From Podarcis muralis (lineage: Eukaryota): a stretch of DNA of 64,000 nt. The DNA is taken from positions 25,978,001 to 26,042,000 of the forward strand of contig NC_135666.1 of the NCBI RefSeq assembly GCF_964188315.1, in the 5' to 3' direction. A program made the position numbers and the translations under genes. The notes beneath the pieces were generated by a model, which saw only the letters and a program-made list of their open reading frames with translations, did not search any database and was not told where the DNA came from. Of the stretch, positions 9,049-23,510 are shown in pieces (position 1 is the stretch's first letter; every line of letters begins with the position of its first letter).

Positions 9049-12000
9049 GTAAGTACATTTTGTATTCAGGCTGGACATTTTAAAAAGAACCTAACCATAA
9101 CTGTTTGCTTAGCTTACTGTGAGTGGGCAATAGTTAGGCCACAATGTTGATTGGTTCAAAAATGGGATTGGGCTCAAAAGCAAGCTGGTCCTACCATTAA
9201 GTAGAATGAGTCATATATCGGTTGCAGGTGCTGGAGTGAGGTGGAAGGAAAAGCAACCTACAATTCTTCCTGAGCTATTCTCATCTGTTAGATGACAGAT
9301 CTGTGTGTGTCACTTGGTCCTACCTGTGCCTAGACTGCTCTGTGCCCCCTCAAGCTCACCTGCCACCCTCGGATGTGTTGAAGAACACTGTCCCATTGCC
9401 AGTGTGGATCGTAGGAGCCAACTTGTAGGGACCGAGGGGTCTTTGGCCCTCCCAATAAAATATTTGAGGGGACCAACCACCCACCCTCCCACCTCCAAGT
9501 TGATGGGCATTGCCATTCAAATGGTGTGTGTGCACCGCATCATGTGATCAGTTATGCAGGGCAGGGCTTACCTGCCCCTCCCCGCAATACTTTGTTCGAG
9601 TTGGCGCCCCTGGTCCAGTCTAGTCATCTTCTGTACATGGATTGCGGGGTTCGTTTGCACCCTTCTGTCCTTTGCCTCAGGCACCAAAAAGTCTCAGGCT
9701 AGCCCTGCTCAATAGAACTTTCTCATTCGGAATTTCCACTGATTACTCATTCTGCCAAGAACAATTCCTCATACAAAAAAGTCCAATGCGCAGGAGCTTG
9801 AAGTTCTGACCCTACCACATCATACAAATGGGCAGGTTGTATATTTGCGACTAGGTGTATTAACTTCGTTATGGGGATTAAAAACTTACTGTGCTTTGTA
9901 TATTTGTCCCCCTTCCCTCTGTCTAACTTTGAGCTACATGACAGATGGCACAATGTGCCCCTCTCCATATCTATTGTGGTTGTTTCTGCACATTTGGTTT
10001 AGCACTGGGCATTAGTGCTTCCTTCGCATTCAGAATCCCTACACTAGGAACTCTAGAAAATGTTTTTAAAAGTTAGAGAGAATGGAGCTGGCGGACCCAC
10101 GGCTTTTGTTTTCTTAATCGAGTTTAGATGTGGATCATAGCCCAGAGAGCTCCACCAGGTTGCCCAAGGGCTTCTGTGCACTCAGCGGTACTCCCTGGGA
10201 GCAACATTCCCACACAGTCTCACAAATTGCTCTTGAAAGCTCTCCAAGTTTCCAAACCAGTTCACATTGCACCATGGAGAACACTTCTTCGTGGAAATAT
10301 GGCCAAAGGTCCACACGACACATGGAACTAATTGAGCAATTCACTGGAGAGTGGCCAGTTTCCTTAATAAAATATCAGCAATCTTAAGTATACTTTTATC
10401 AAACGCGTGCATATTCCTATGCATCTACTTCGAGTCAAGTGCCTAAATGTAAACATCTGTTGCTAAGAAGGAGGCAGGTGAAGAAATAAAAAGAATAGTA
10501 CAGGATGTTAAAATCCTATGGCTGGACATAGCCAGTCTTAGCCATAACTCTGCGGCTTCTAAAAGTGCATCCTGCCTTTGCAGGACTTGGGAACATCACA
10601 TAACATGGAAACGTCTCATGATCTTCAAAGGGTATTAAAATGGATGCTGTTTATGAAATAATACATCTTTGGCTGGACAAACACATCTTAAACTTTCCTT
10701 CCTTCCTTTGCTTCTTACAAAGCAATTTCCCTTTAAAATTAAATGTTTACTAAAATTCTTGCTGTTATCTATTCAATTTATATACTGCCCTTTATCAAAA
10801 GAGCCCTGGATGGTGTACGACAATAAGAACACATTGCAGAGCATCAGTAATAAAAAACATAAGGAAAAGCATAACAACAGACATCACCATAATAAAATAA
10901 CCGTAATGTTTCCTTATCGTTAATCATGGGTATATTTAAATGGATATATTGTAATTTTTGCAGTCTGTTTCCTTGCATTGCTATTAACTATTTAGAAAGA
11001 CTGTTGAAGCATGTTCTCTATAAACTGAGAGGTGCCCCCCTCAAGCTGAACAAACAGGCATTTGTGTGAAGATGGAGCGGTGGTCTCTTTGGAAGGACCC
11101 TGTGATTAATTTCATGCACAATTGCCTCTTCCTTAAAGCCTGGAGATTCATGCCGTAATGAGAAACCCAACATTCCTAATATTCCTCTCTGCCATACCAA
11201 GAGCCTTGGCAAGCTGTTGTATCATTATGGGGAGGCAGAACGCAAGGAAGCCCTACTAGGCAGTATCTATACATTCATCCCGTTCCCTCTTTCTTTATTC
11301 CCTCAAACATGGATGCTGGGTAACTAGGACTGAAGCTTGGCTGTGGTGGAGAAGCTCACATACAGGAAAGGGGATTTTGGGGGGTGCAATGAGGAGGAGG
11401 TAGGCTGAACCTTGTCAGCATCTACCAAACCATAAGGCTGCTTCTCACAGCAATTGAGTTTGCTGCAGTTACATAGGTGTTTTCCATAATAAACACATTA
11501 TTATTTATTATTCCCACAATAAACATATCTGACATTCAGATGTACTGTCAAACCAAGGTTTTGGTTCTACAGGAATGGAACCTAATGGACCTTTGGTTTC
11601 AGGTTCTTTCTCCTCCTATTGCATTATGCAATCTCCTCCACACCCCCTCTTGCTGATTCGTGGCAAACCATAGATTACCATGTTTACCCCTGTTCGATCC
11701 TGGTTTACTAGGCCAAATTACAATCAGTTTTGAGTCTAGTATGCCTCTTGCCAATGTATGTAGTTCTCTACAGCTCTCTTCTTAGCCTCACAGCAATGCT
11801 GCACAAAGGATCAGGCTAAGAGAGACAGTGACCAGCACAAGGGTGTCCAGCAAGTTTCCAGGCTCAAGAGGAATTTGAACATATGTCTCCCTTGTTCTAG
11901 ATTAGGGATAAGGAACCAGTGGCTCTCCAGGAGCTGTTGGACTACAGCTCCCATCAGCCCCTGCCAGCAAAACAAGGGGTTATGGGAGTTGCAGTCTAAC

Positions 12001-12646
12001 GAAATTAGCCATATGTGTTCACCGTTCCTGTTCTAGGCCGACACCCTAAACCAGGGGTGGGGAACTGGATCTGGTAGCAGGCCAGATTCTTCCTTCCCTC
12101 ACCACTTGTGGGTCAACTTTGAGAGGTGGGCAGTGCCAACCACCTGTCATTCATCTGACACCATTATGGCTTCATATGGCAACTTGAAAGGGGCTCCTTT
12201 TGAAGTCCACTTCAATACAAAACTGCTTGCAAATGGACTTTCAAAGGCAATGTCTCACCGATCAGCTAATGGGCACTAAGAGGCATCACTTTGAAGTGTG
12301 TTTCAAATAGTTTTCAATGCAAACTGCTGCAAACTGACTTTTAAGTGATGGCAGCCACGCCTTTGCTTGCCTCTCACCTGACATCACATATGACATCAAG
12401 GGTGGGGCAGGCGGGCATGGTTTGGGGAAAATAACCATTTGCTAAACACAATACCATGCTCCCACACTTTTAAAAAAGCTACATGGGCATCTGACGGTAT
12501 ATGCTCATAGAAAAATTCCCACATGCTTGCAGTCAATTTCTAGTTGTTATCATACATAACCATTGTTTTCTTAAATCAGATTTAATGTTTTCCAATTGTA
12601 TAACAGACAATTGATCAGATAGGGCTGTGCTATTGTACCATTTCAG

Positions 12647-12752
12647 AGTCTCCCATCCTCCACAAATCATTTTGCCAATTCATAACTGGGAACCAAAAGA
12701 TGAACCTACTAAAGAAGATGAGATTGGACCTTTGGTGGAACACATATACCAG
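12647..12752 (+). CDS. ITGA8: Integrin alpha-8 exon (24), [36 protein letters not shown]
   Basis: tttcag|A acceptor, CAG|gtaaat donor, 106 nt. Near-identical to human [35 protein letters not shown]. Confidence 0.97.
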
Positions 12753-13793
12753 GTAAATATGCATATACAAATGAACCATTGACTTCCAAGGGATTTGTTG
12801 GTATAATGTTCCCCAGACAAACCGTGAAATTATTCTTTGCCAGCGTTTGGGTTCTAGATTTTGGCCAGCCAGCAACATTTTGCATGCAGCAATGCTGAGT
12901 GAACTTCTGAGCTGTTTGTGAGACGTGCCTCTGTCAGTTTCAAGCACAGCCACCACGAAACCCACAAAAAGTGAAGTTGCCTTGGCAAGATTGAAATTGA
13001 CAGAACTGTATGTGGAACCAGATGATACACACATGTTTGTCAAGAGGTATCCGGTATTAATAACAGGAAATTATATTAGAATAAATGTTGTTTTTAAGCA
13101 TGAAAAGCATGCCTTTGAACATCACACATAAACACACCTATTAAAAAACTCTTTCCCCACTTCTTGAAACCTGAAAAGGAGTCAGTCCACTCTGGGTCAT
13201 CTTCCAACCAAATTAACCTGAACATGGGTGAGATTTCCTCACCCTTCACAATGCTCCTGCCCCAGATATGGCCACATTCAGCTGGGAACTAGAAGTTTCA
13301 ATAGAACTCAATTGGGCATTAGGGAGTGAGGAGAGCTCTAGAATGGGAACACAGAGCCTGTGACTCTCCAGATGTTTCCAGACTCCAACTCCCATCATTC
13401 CTGACCACCAGCTTAGCTCTCAATTGGGAAAAGAATGACCCAGCTGTGTTTACACAGCCAGAGTTGAAAGGAGGAGCCAGCAAGAAAGTCGTTTGGCGCA
13501 AAAGCTACATAACAGGCCAAGAGAATTTATAGGCTGTGAGCAATTACCCAGGAGAAAGTTGGCATGCCATGAAGAGAGCTGTGAGGACATAGGATTGCTA
13601 GGTAGAATCAAGTGCATGGCAAGAGAATTCAGCTGGTTTTGGCTTCTGTCGCCACACCATTGCAACCTGGCAACCAGCACCAGAAAACATTGGGAAGGGA
13701 AGGGGCAGAATTGATGTGAATGAACAAGCTGTATCTTGGGCTGCAGGATTCCAGTTCAATTTATTCTCCTCTTTGTGTGTGTCTACTCCATAG

Positions 13794-13952
13794 CTGCAGA
13801 ACATTGGGCCAAGTGCCATCAATGATACAGTCTTGTATGTGGAATGGCCAGTTCTGAGCAGAAAGGAATTCCTTCTTTACATCCTTCACATTCAGACACA
13901 TGGACCACTGCAATGTCAAACAAGCTCTGCAATCAATAGTTTGGAAATAAAG
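13794..13952 (+). CDS. ITGA8: Integrin alpha-8 exon (25), LQNIGPSAINDTVLYVEWPVLSRKEFLLYILHIQTHGPLQCQTSSAINSLEIK
   Basis: ccatag|CTG acceptor, AAG|gtaggg donor, 159 nt, phase 0-0. Confidence 0.96.
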
Positions 13953-15391
13953 GTAGGGGACTTACATGGAGTTTCTTGGTTCACCTATATGGAGCAACTG
14001 TTTATTTTCTCAAACTTCCAACCAGGACTCTGCAATCGTCATCTGAGGCCCTTCTTTGTTTGCCTCCTCCACAGGAGGTCTGGAAGATGGCAACACGAGA
14101 AGGGGCCTTTTCTGCAGTGGCTCCCAGTTTGTAGAATGCTCTCCCCAGGAAGGCTCACTTGGCACCTTCATTACATATCTTTAGGTGCCAGGCAAGAACA
14201 TTCCTCTTCTTTCCAGGCCCTTGGCTAATTAAATAATTCACCTAATTCCCCCTTTCTAAAACAATATGTGAGCTAAAACATAGCCATTTTTTGAAATACA
14301 AAAGCTTCTCTGAATTTTGCAACACAGTTCTCAAGCCAAGCAACATGCATAAAAATGCATGTATTGGTGAAAATAACATGCACAAATGTATTAGGGAGGA
14401 AATGCATACAAAAAACGTGTGTATTAGGCAAAATTGCATACAAAAAAAAATGTATATTAGGAGAAATTAACACTTTAATGCTGATGAAGTTTCATTTATT
14501 AGTTTCATTTATTTATTTAATTTCTATACTGCATTATATTTTCAAGAAAAATCCCAAAGCGGTTTACAGCATATTGAATCAATAAGACATAAATAAAACA
14601 ATCTGAAGAAAGACAAATATAGAGTATACAGTCAAAGCAACATAACAGAAAACAAAAAAATTATCTTAAAGATTTCATAATAAAACATTACAAAGGAGCT
14701 CAACTACAGAATATATATTTAACATAGTAGGGCTGCGTGAGTGTGGGCCCCGCTCCCTAGGCCAGGTGGAAAAGGCCTTGTGGGGGAGCGGCCTTCACAC
14801 CTTATAGCCGGGCGATGATCCTCCGGCCTCATGAGAACTTTTTTCCAAAAATAATTGCAAAGTGATGTGGAAATGTGGAGAACTGAATTTAAAATTCAAA
14901 AAAATGAGAAACTCAGAGAAACTGCCCCTCCCTCCCTGTCACATGAAGCAGGTCTTTGCCTCTCTCTCTTTACTTCCCCCAACTATGCCTTTTTCTTTCT
15001 GCTTTTCTTTCTGTCATGTGTGATGTGTTCTAAACTGTATTATTATCTTCATTGCTCTCCCACGAGATCTTTCCAGTTGTTTGTTTCCTGGAGTAATACC
15101 AGGATCACTTTTATTGCCAGCATTGTCATATGAGCTGTATAATGTTTTGCTTTAATTTGTTCAGCCCTGGTGAAAAATTGCACATTTATTCTAGTCGCAC
15201 GACTCGCATCAGAATACAATTTCTCTCTGCTTCTTCCAAAGTTGACGTCCTCCTTATGTTGCAGAGAAGCAAAAAAAAAAATGAGACTAAAATAATTTTA
15301 TTGCAATTATGAACAAAAAATTGATATTTGGAGCCATTCATCCAAAGGTCCCCCACCCCACATTGCAGTGCGAAAGTCCTCAGTTGGAATA

Positions 15392-15696
15392 CAGTGGTGC
15401 CCCACAAGACGAATGCCTCGCAAGACGGAAAACTCGCTAGACGAAAGGGTTTTCCGTTTTTTGAGTCGTTCTGCTAGACGAATTTCCCTATGGGATTGCT
15501 TCGCAAGACGAAACGTCTTGCGAGTTCTTGCGAGTTTGTTTCCTTTTTCTTAAAGCCGCTAAGCCGTTAATAGCTGCTAAGCCGCTAAGCCACTAATAGC
15601 TGCTAAGCCGCTAATAGCCGTGCTTCGCAAGACGAAAAAACCGCAAGACGAAGAGACTCGCAGAACAGATTAATTTCGTCTTGTGAGGCACCACTG
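15392..15696. mobile_element. Tc1/mariner-type MITE (CAGTGGTGCC TIR family)
   Basis: TA|CAGTGGTGCCCCACAAGACG...CGTCTTGTGAGGCACCACTG|TA, with internal GCAAGACGAA and TAAGCCGC repeats. Same family as 58672-58958, in opposite orientation. Confidence 0.88.
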
Positions 15697-16127
15697 TAAT
15701 TCATTTCCCAGAAAGTAAACACACACACACTCAACCTGATCCTGATCATACCAGAAGTATTTACTGGTACCAAAAAATAATAACAACTACCCACAAGATT
15801 TCTAGAAATCAGTAGTAAATTTCTGCCTGGATGAAAATAAATGGAACCCTAGGCTCAGGAGTTTAATTAAAGCAAAATATCATCATGAAAGTTAATCAGA
15901 TGGCAAAAGAAACAAACCAATCCTGTTGTCTAGTCTTTAAAACAAAATATTTTACTGTATCCTTCCTGGCTGTAGTTAATCCTCTTGCTAGTAGAAGAGG
16001 GCAAAGTATCAGCTCTCAGGGTAGAGCTGTTAAACGAAAAGAAGAAAAGTCAATAGCAAACCCAAGATCTCTGTTAGAGAGCAATAGCAGAGTTATGTTC
16101 ACAGCTCTTTCTTCTTTCCCTTTGCAG

Positions 16128-16250
16128 TTTGCTGTCCCAGAGGACACTCCGGAACTCGCTGCTTTCTTACGCAACTCTTCCATTCCCCACTATGTTGGAC
16201 GGAGGGAAGCCAAAGTGGTGGACTATCAAAAGAACTCTGCAAAAGTTCTG
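16128..16250 (+). CDS. ITGA8: Integrin alpha-8 exon (26), FAVPEDTPELAAFLRNSSIPHYVGRREAKVVDYQKNSAKVL (heavy/light chain cleavage region)
   Basis: ttgcag|TTT acceptor, CTG|gtgag donor, 123 nt. PEDTPEL.AFLRNS.IPH conserved. Confidence 0.96.
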
Positions 16251-19200
16251 GTGAGATGGATGAAAGTTATAGTGCCGCACACTGAGGACTTTTGGGTGCA
16301 GTCTTAAGGATGAGTGGGGGGCTGTTGTTATTCTTGTGTTGGTATGACCAGTGACAACTGCACTTCCCTTCATGTTTGGGGGAGTATGCTGTGAGCTTTA
16401 ACTGCCTGTTCTTACACGGAGAAAGAACCAGAAGCAGAAACACTTATGTAATAGTTTATGGCCTACCACATATAACTACAGCTTGTCTGAAGGAATGTCT
16501 GGCAATTGAGCACACGGATCTGCAGTCCCGATGACCAATTTTTAAATGGTCAAATAAATATGAAATTTCTGACAGTAACCCAAAGGTGGTGGACACCATG
16601 CGCTCTTAGAGATACTGTTGCTTCCCAAAATCATCTAAATAAAACAAAACAATCTAAATATAATAATTTCACATATTGCCCAGGCTTCCCTCATTTTCAG
16701 GGATTTTGAAGGAGGGTCCTGCAAATTCTCGGCACCTTTAGCAAACTGCAGCTTCCAGGATTCTTTGGGGAAGCCATGACTGTTTAAAGTGGTACGATAC
16801 CGCATTAAAGGTATAGTGCAGACGGGGCCACACTAAGGAACCCTCTTCAGATCTTCCCACTTGCAACAGGAAGGTCATGGTGAAATGGGCATGGCCAGTG
16901 CGCATCCATCCATCCTCCTCCCCAGTTTGAGCTGTCACGTATTATTTTTTGAACACTAGGACAGCTGCCAACAAGAAACTCTGCTTATTTGTTTACCAGT
17001 TCTTCCAGATTTTTTTTTAAAAGACCAACATTTAAGTTTTCATTTTATTTTTTCTTGAAGCTTAATTTCTTTCATTTGTGGGGGAGGGCAGATGAGTTGT
17101 CCTCCCCTCAAATTTTAGGATGGGTGTGTTTTTTCACTCCCCCTTAGGTTTTGTTTTTTTCGTTCTGCAAAGCTTGAGATTGCACCAAGTCTACTGGTCC
17201 CTTGTGCCATTTTGGCTGCATAGAGTTTGTCACTCACCCCTGAATTTTGCAAATAGAGGGAATGATTTGGAGCAGGATTCAGATTATGCATGGGGAGGGG
17301 GGGGGGAGAGCTCAACAACTCTTCCATCCAGATTCTCACTGTTTGAAATATGGCAACCCTAGGAAAGAAATTCAAGAGAAAAATCTGAAATCAGTTATTG
17401 TTTTAATTTGGCAGTATGAAAATCTTCTTACGGTTATCTTGGTTTTTTATTCTAATTGCCAGAGACAAACTAAAATGTATTCTAAATTCCATGGAGACCA
17501 CCTTTTGTAAAATATTACCGCTCAGCCGTAAAAACTGTTTAATGCCTCATTATCTGTTATCTCCCACAATGACTGGCCTGCCTGTTTGCCAGTACAGATT
17601 CAACAACTGCAAATGCTTAGCCCCAATGTTAACTGTGTGTGGGATCTGCATTTTATATAGTAAAAACAAACAGAACCAGATCTTTTATTCAGTAGTTTGC
17701 TCCAACTACTATTGTGCTTGGATTTAGCCTGACAGCATTTGGTACTGTGTCTCTTTCTCATGTCATCTTTTGGATAGTGTAGAAGAGAGATGATTAAAGG
17801 GAGAGAAGAACACACTATTTATCTTGTGCTGCTTACACTGGTCTCAGCATCCCCCTGCCGTACTCACTCAGGGGCTCTCATGACAGCCTGCCTTGGTTTC
17901 TTGGGCAAGGAATGCCCCCCGTACACAATTCCATTGTGCACATCCTGGAACATCCCCCAGCATGGAGGGAGAACAAACATATTGAACTGCTCAAAACCTT
18001 GTGTGATATTAAAGTCCATGGATTGCAGCCCATGGCTGGGATTCAGAAAATCTACTTCTGGCAAGCCACAGGGTTTGCCTTAGCATAGTAGAATTTTTGA
18101 CATATTTCCCCCTCTAACAGCAAGCTCAGTGCCAAACGGTGTTTGGAATGGAGGGGAGTTTCAAAAGCAGAGTTACCATATGGAAGGTGGAGGGCAGGAA
18201 GGGTCTTATGTTTCTATGGGGGGGTGTTAAAACCCCTGTGAGTGCAGAAAAGTAATTGCAAGGTTCTTTGGATCCTGGGCTTATAAGTTCATCCAGTTCC
18301 TGCAATATTAACAAAAAAATCAACCTTAGAATGCAAATTACATACATCTGAAAAAAACCCTGGAATATCTGCTGAAGCCTTTCATTATGTGACTCTTTCT
18401 TTCATCTAGTGTGATTATGAATTGAAAAAATAATGCATACCTTGCTTGCTCCTACAAGACAGAGAGATAAACAAATCAAGCTAGATTAAAGAGTGATTAA
18501 ATAAGAGAAACTAAACAAACATGTCCTCTAAAACATTGCCTTTCAGTAAATTCTGTATAATCAAGGCCCTGCTGAGGAAGTGGATGGGAGCTGAGAAAAC
18601 ACAAGTTGAGAAAACACAATCTCTCATTCAGTTCTCATGGAGAACTGAACGTTTATGTAGCGTCACGTAATTTTCTGTACAAATTTAACTTTGCACCGCC
18701 ATTTAGGGAGTTCACAATCCAAAGCATCCAGTTCCTCTCTTAAGATACAATTGTGCGGAAAGAGCATCATTACACAGAAATGCAGGGCCCCTCGAGACTG
18801 TTGTTTTATTGCGGGTGTATTCTGTGACATGTTCTTGATGCAATGATACTGCGTTAGTGGTGGGTTTATTCTGCTTCTGCGGTTCTTCTCCAGTGCTACC
18901 ACATTATTGCTGTCCGGACCTGCTGTAAAGCAGGACCAAACCGAAAACAGAACATTTGTGGGGTATAAAAAGTTAAGGGATTTCAGCAAGACATTACAGG
19001 AGATGCACTGGTTGGAAATGAAGCAGTGTGACTCCCCAAAAATCTTTGCAGGTGCAAACAATTAGTTCGCATATGACCTCTCCTATAGCATCATGATTGT
19101 GCAATAAAAAAGATGCCTGGAGGAGCTCTAACATTAAAGTGTCAATTTCAGTGTTGGGGGAGTCAGGGATAACATAAAAGCTCTACAACTTGGTGTTTAT

Positions 19201-19837
19201 TGTGCCATAATATATGTATGTATGTTGCAGGTGTCTTCCTTTGTGCCCTTCAATTGATCCTCACTTCCAGCTGATCAGCTCTCAGTGTCACTAACTAACC
19301 TCGATGCTGATAATTCTTATCATAAACCTCATCAGTAGTCTTAGCTTAACTAAGCCAATTAGATGACCCATCCATGTATGTTTCATGATTTCCACACACA
19401 AGGTTTTCACCCAAGGGGTGCATTAGAGTCCACCATAATGGAGACCCCACTAAAATTCAACCCCAAGTAAAATTCAAATATGTTGTTTCCTCAATTTTAA
19501 AGTTTACATGGGATTTTAGTTAAATAACAAAAATGAAACCATGAGAGTATTGTGTTGAATGAAATCTGCTAATTCTCCACTGCGGAAACCTAGGTTCTAC
19601 ACAAGTGTCTCCAAGGAAACATAGATTCAATTCTTATGACTATATATGCGTTTTAAGTAATTCCTTTTTATTTTTTATTTAATAAAAAAACAACACACAA
19701 ATTCAGTATACTTTTCCTTTCCAAAAATGAAAATCCATCTTGCTGGGAATACACATGGCATGCAGGACACACTGTTTGTTAATGCATTTGTCTAGATCCC
19801 AAAAGATAGTTAGAATGCCGTATTGTTTCCTGTACAG

Positions 19838-19951
19838 AATTGCACAAATGTGGAGTGCTTGATGATAACTTGTTCAGTGGGACTCTTAGAAAGAGGGAAA
19901 AGTGCTGCACTGAAAATACGGTCTCGTTTGTGGGCTTCAACATTTCTACAG
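19838..19951 (+). CDS. ITGA8: Integrin alpha-8 exon (27), NCTNVECLMITCSVGLLERGKSAALKIRSRLWASTFLQ
   Basis: gtacag|AAT acceptor, CAG|gtaag donor, 114 nt. Confidence 0.97.
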
Positions 19952-22900
19952 GTAAGAAAATGCAAACTAAAATATTGGGAAATGTTTCAGTTTTGTGTAT
20001 TGTATGTGTATTATGTACTGCAAAATGAAGCTTCCCTCTGGCTTCTGAAATCATAGCTTCAGGCTGCTTGCAGATTAGAGTAGGAAAACCTGCAGCCCTC
20101 CACATGGCTGAGGCTGATGGGAGCTGTAGTGCAACACCATCTGGAGAGCAATAGGTTCCCCATCCTTTCCCTGGACCTGAATGACACTAGAAATCTCATC
20201 TCCTCCAATCAAACCCCAATTCAAGTGTGTAAAGGCGAAAGTGAACTTCAAAACACCAGTCTTCCCTTCTGTGTGCAGCTTGGCTTGCTCCATGCCAGAG
20301 GGCCAAGTCTCAAGCTTGGGGTACATTTCCTATCTCAGTTTTTAGCATTATCTGTAAAACAATGCATGCCTCTTTTGTATGTGCCACATTTCAACTTTCT
20401 AACCAATGCTGAAATACCTTTGGGAATCCCTTTCATTCCAAGGTGAGACAGTCAATTGTCTCACTTACACATTCTGCTAGTAACAAGCTGCTCTGGGTTG
20501 TGCCATTCGGAAACCTTTGAAGTTTTAGATGGTGTGGGCACAACTTAACTGTTAGGGGAATACAATCTCAGCCCCACCTTTTGAGAGAAATGTTTACGAA
20601 TTCTCCACTAGACTTTTCCTGTAAACAGCATGCTAGGACATACTCTTTTTTATATATATACTCAGCATGCTAGGACATACTCAGTGTAACGTGTGACGCT
20701 GCCTTGAAATTATTGGGGAAAGGCAAGTGACCCTTATTTCCAGTTATCCACTGGATCTCATTGATCCTCAGAAAAGATTCAGGGACCAGTAATAGATGCT
20801 GTGGTGGTCTGGTGGTGCTCACCTGCCCTCTCAACAGCTAAGCCTCTGAAGTGGGCAGGGAGGTCAGCATGGTGCAAACACCACCAGCAGTGCCAATCTG
20901 GCACTCTTGCTGGTGCATTTGCACTGCGCTCATCTCACCAGTGCACCCCTTCTCCTCTCAGTAAGCAGCAGTGACTCAGCTGTTGGGAGTTCAGGTGAGT
21001 ACCGCCATACCAAAGCATCCACTACTGGCAGAGACCTGTGTCATACAGGTAGATCCAGCAGCAACATTCCTTTTGAGGCAGCCAGAATTGCCCTCATCTG
21101 CATAAGCTGAAATGCTTCAGGGATCACATAACTTGAAAGAATATATCCGAGTCCTCCAAATTTGCCTTACACAGTTGCCTGTCTAACCAGCTATCTGTGC
21201 AAAATGTCTGATAATGGAATTTTAAAAAGAGAAGCACTTTTCTTCTTCTTCAAACAACCCTATGTCGTTCAGTATGACATGAAACAAAATAATGGAACAG
21301 CAGCTTCTCCTTCCAGATACAAAAGTGTAATCCTGCTGAGTATTTAATCCATTGTGATTTATTTTTTTGGAATAAAGAACACATGTTTCATTTCAAAGAG
21401 TGAATAAATTATATAGATTTTTTTAAAACAATATTGAATGACTTTCTAACTTTCTGAAATATTAAAGTGACATCTGCCTCACTGCAAGTTGTAGTCTGCC
21501 GCCTTAAAGCCTAAAATGTTATCACAAACTGCAGTAATATGAAGCGAGATGATTAAACATGTTTGGGTAAACAAGCAGCCTAGGGTCTCCCAATGAGCCA
21601 ACAAAGATAATGAAGGCAGTTGAATCAGAGCCAAGAAAGGACAGGACAGTTTCTGGCTTTCCTTCAAAGCTTGAATGCAAACAAGAACATATGTTAAATT
21701 TTGTAGTCAGCCTTGCTGAACCAGCAAATCACCAATTGCCTAATTCATACAAAAAAAGAAATAGCCTTATTTGGAAAGACTACATTGTGTTTCCACTATG
21801 ACTTCTATTAGCTTTCCATTTATGTAATTTATGACACATCTAATGTGTTTATAAAATAAACTCTAGTCAAAGAGGCAAACTGTACTTTGCATGCAAACAT
21901 ATGGGTCAATGCCCTGAACAGCAACTTGAGGAAGCTGTGATTTTGAATAGGGAAGCAGCAGGAGGAGGGATATTTAATATTTTATCCACCCCCTACATTT
22001 CAGAGCTTCTTTCAGGGAGATTTGGAGTTGAGAAGATATGGAGAAGGACATGATAAGGCAACTCCTTCAACATTCAAAAGAGCAGCTCCAGAAACTGCTT
22101 TTCTGAACATAAATCATTGGTGTAGTTTGTCCCTAACTTGTTTGACGCTGTTCTACCTTTTACAAACAACATTTGTGTGCAATGATCTCTCACAATGCAA
22201 TTTTTGAAATAATAATCTTGGAGTGAAGTATTGCTTATATTACATGGCATTTGTTCAGGGTCATTTTCTTGGTTCCTACTAGTTGGATCTCAAGCTGGGA
22301 AGGAGTGCTAATGAATTCCCAAAGTGTGTGTTTAAATGGCAACAGCACATTTCTCACTTTCCTCCACCTAAATATGCCAGACATCAGAGGAAATGAGGTG
22401 TAACCTCTCCCTCTTTTCAGTGAAGCAGGACTAACATTATTACAATAACATGACCAGAAAATGTTGTTTCACAGTGTGCTTCAGTTTGGGGAGCAAAGTT
22501 CAGAACTACCACAAGGCCTCAATAAAGGAACATGGATTTTTGTCCCTTATAAGAAGGTTGATGGTGTTGCTGGATCAGGCCAAGGGATCTAGTGCACCTT
22601 CCTGTTCTCACTGTGGCCAAACCAGAAGCCTCTTGGAAGCAGGATCCAAGGCCAATAGCACTCTCTCCACTTGCAATTCCAAGCAACTTGTATTCCCTCC
22701 TGAAAGGGACGGCTTTCCCTCAAACATAACTCAGCAAGATGAAGTTCTCTGGGGCTGGCTCTTCTGGTGTAGGAGCCAATATAGTTTCAAAGGTTGGAAC
22801 ATCACTCAGATCCTCTTGAGAGGAAAATAGGAACCCTACTTGATGCAGTCAACTGTTCCAACTGGCTAAAATAACGTCTTTTCTTCCTCCTCTTTCAACA

Positions 22901-23510
22901 TTCCCACCTGCAAGCCAGATGCATGTTTCTCTCGCTTTCTCTCTCTCTTTTGTCCTTATATGCCTTGCTTGGCCTGTATCTGTTCGAGTGGGTTATTGAC
23001 TTCTGCTGTTGTGCCTCATTGGGACCAAAGCAGGCACCATCATCCATCAACATGCCTACCAAGAACTCGTTAAATTGTTTTTCACTACTTAGGTGGGCCA
23101 GGAGGTTGATGTGCTTTCCAAATTACCTCTGCATGAGTCTGGCCAGTATGCAGGCAGTTACTGTTCTCAGCGTGCGTTGGAAGTGCTTAACTCTTTTGAA
23201 TCCAGGCACCCATGTGTTTTTCATTTGCCAAAACTCTAAGGGTCAGAATTTTCAACACCTCAATAGAAGGTATATGTTTGAACATACCTAGGCTAGGGTG
23301 TTGGTCCTCCTGAGGGTGATAAAGATACGAGTGCAACTGTAAGCGGAGACCATGAAGCTCTCTAGATCGCTGAACCACTGGAACATAACTCTGTGATCAC
23401 GGTGCCGAAGAGGGTGGGAAGAAACACGTTTTATATTTGTTCTAGCAACATGCTACCCATTAATACATGGGTAAGGGCAACTGCCCCTGCTTCAACACAG
23501 TTTATGCTAC

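Noticed and set aside
18663-19061. 132-aa minus-strand ORF in a relatively CpG-retaining intronic stretch
   Set aside because: No recognisable domain or splice structure; a possible enhancer cannot be supported from the sequence alone.
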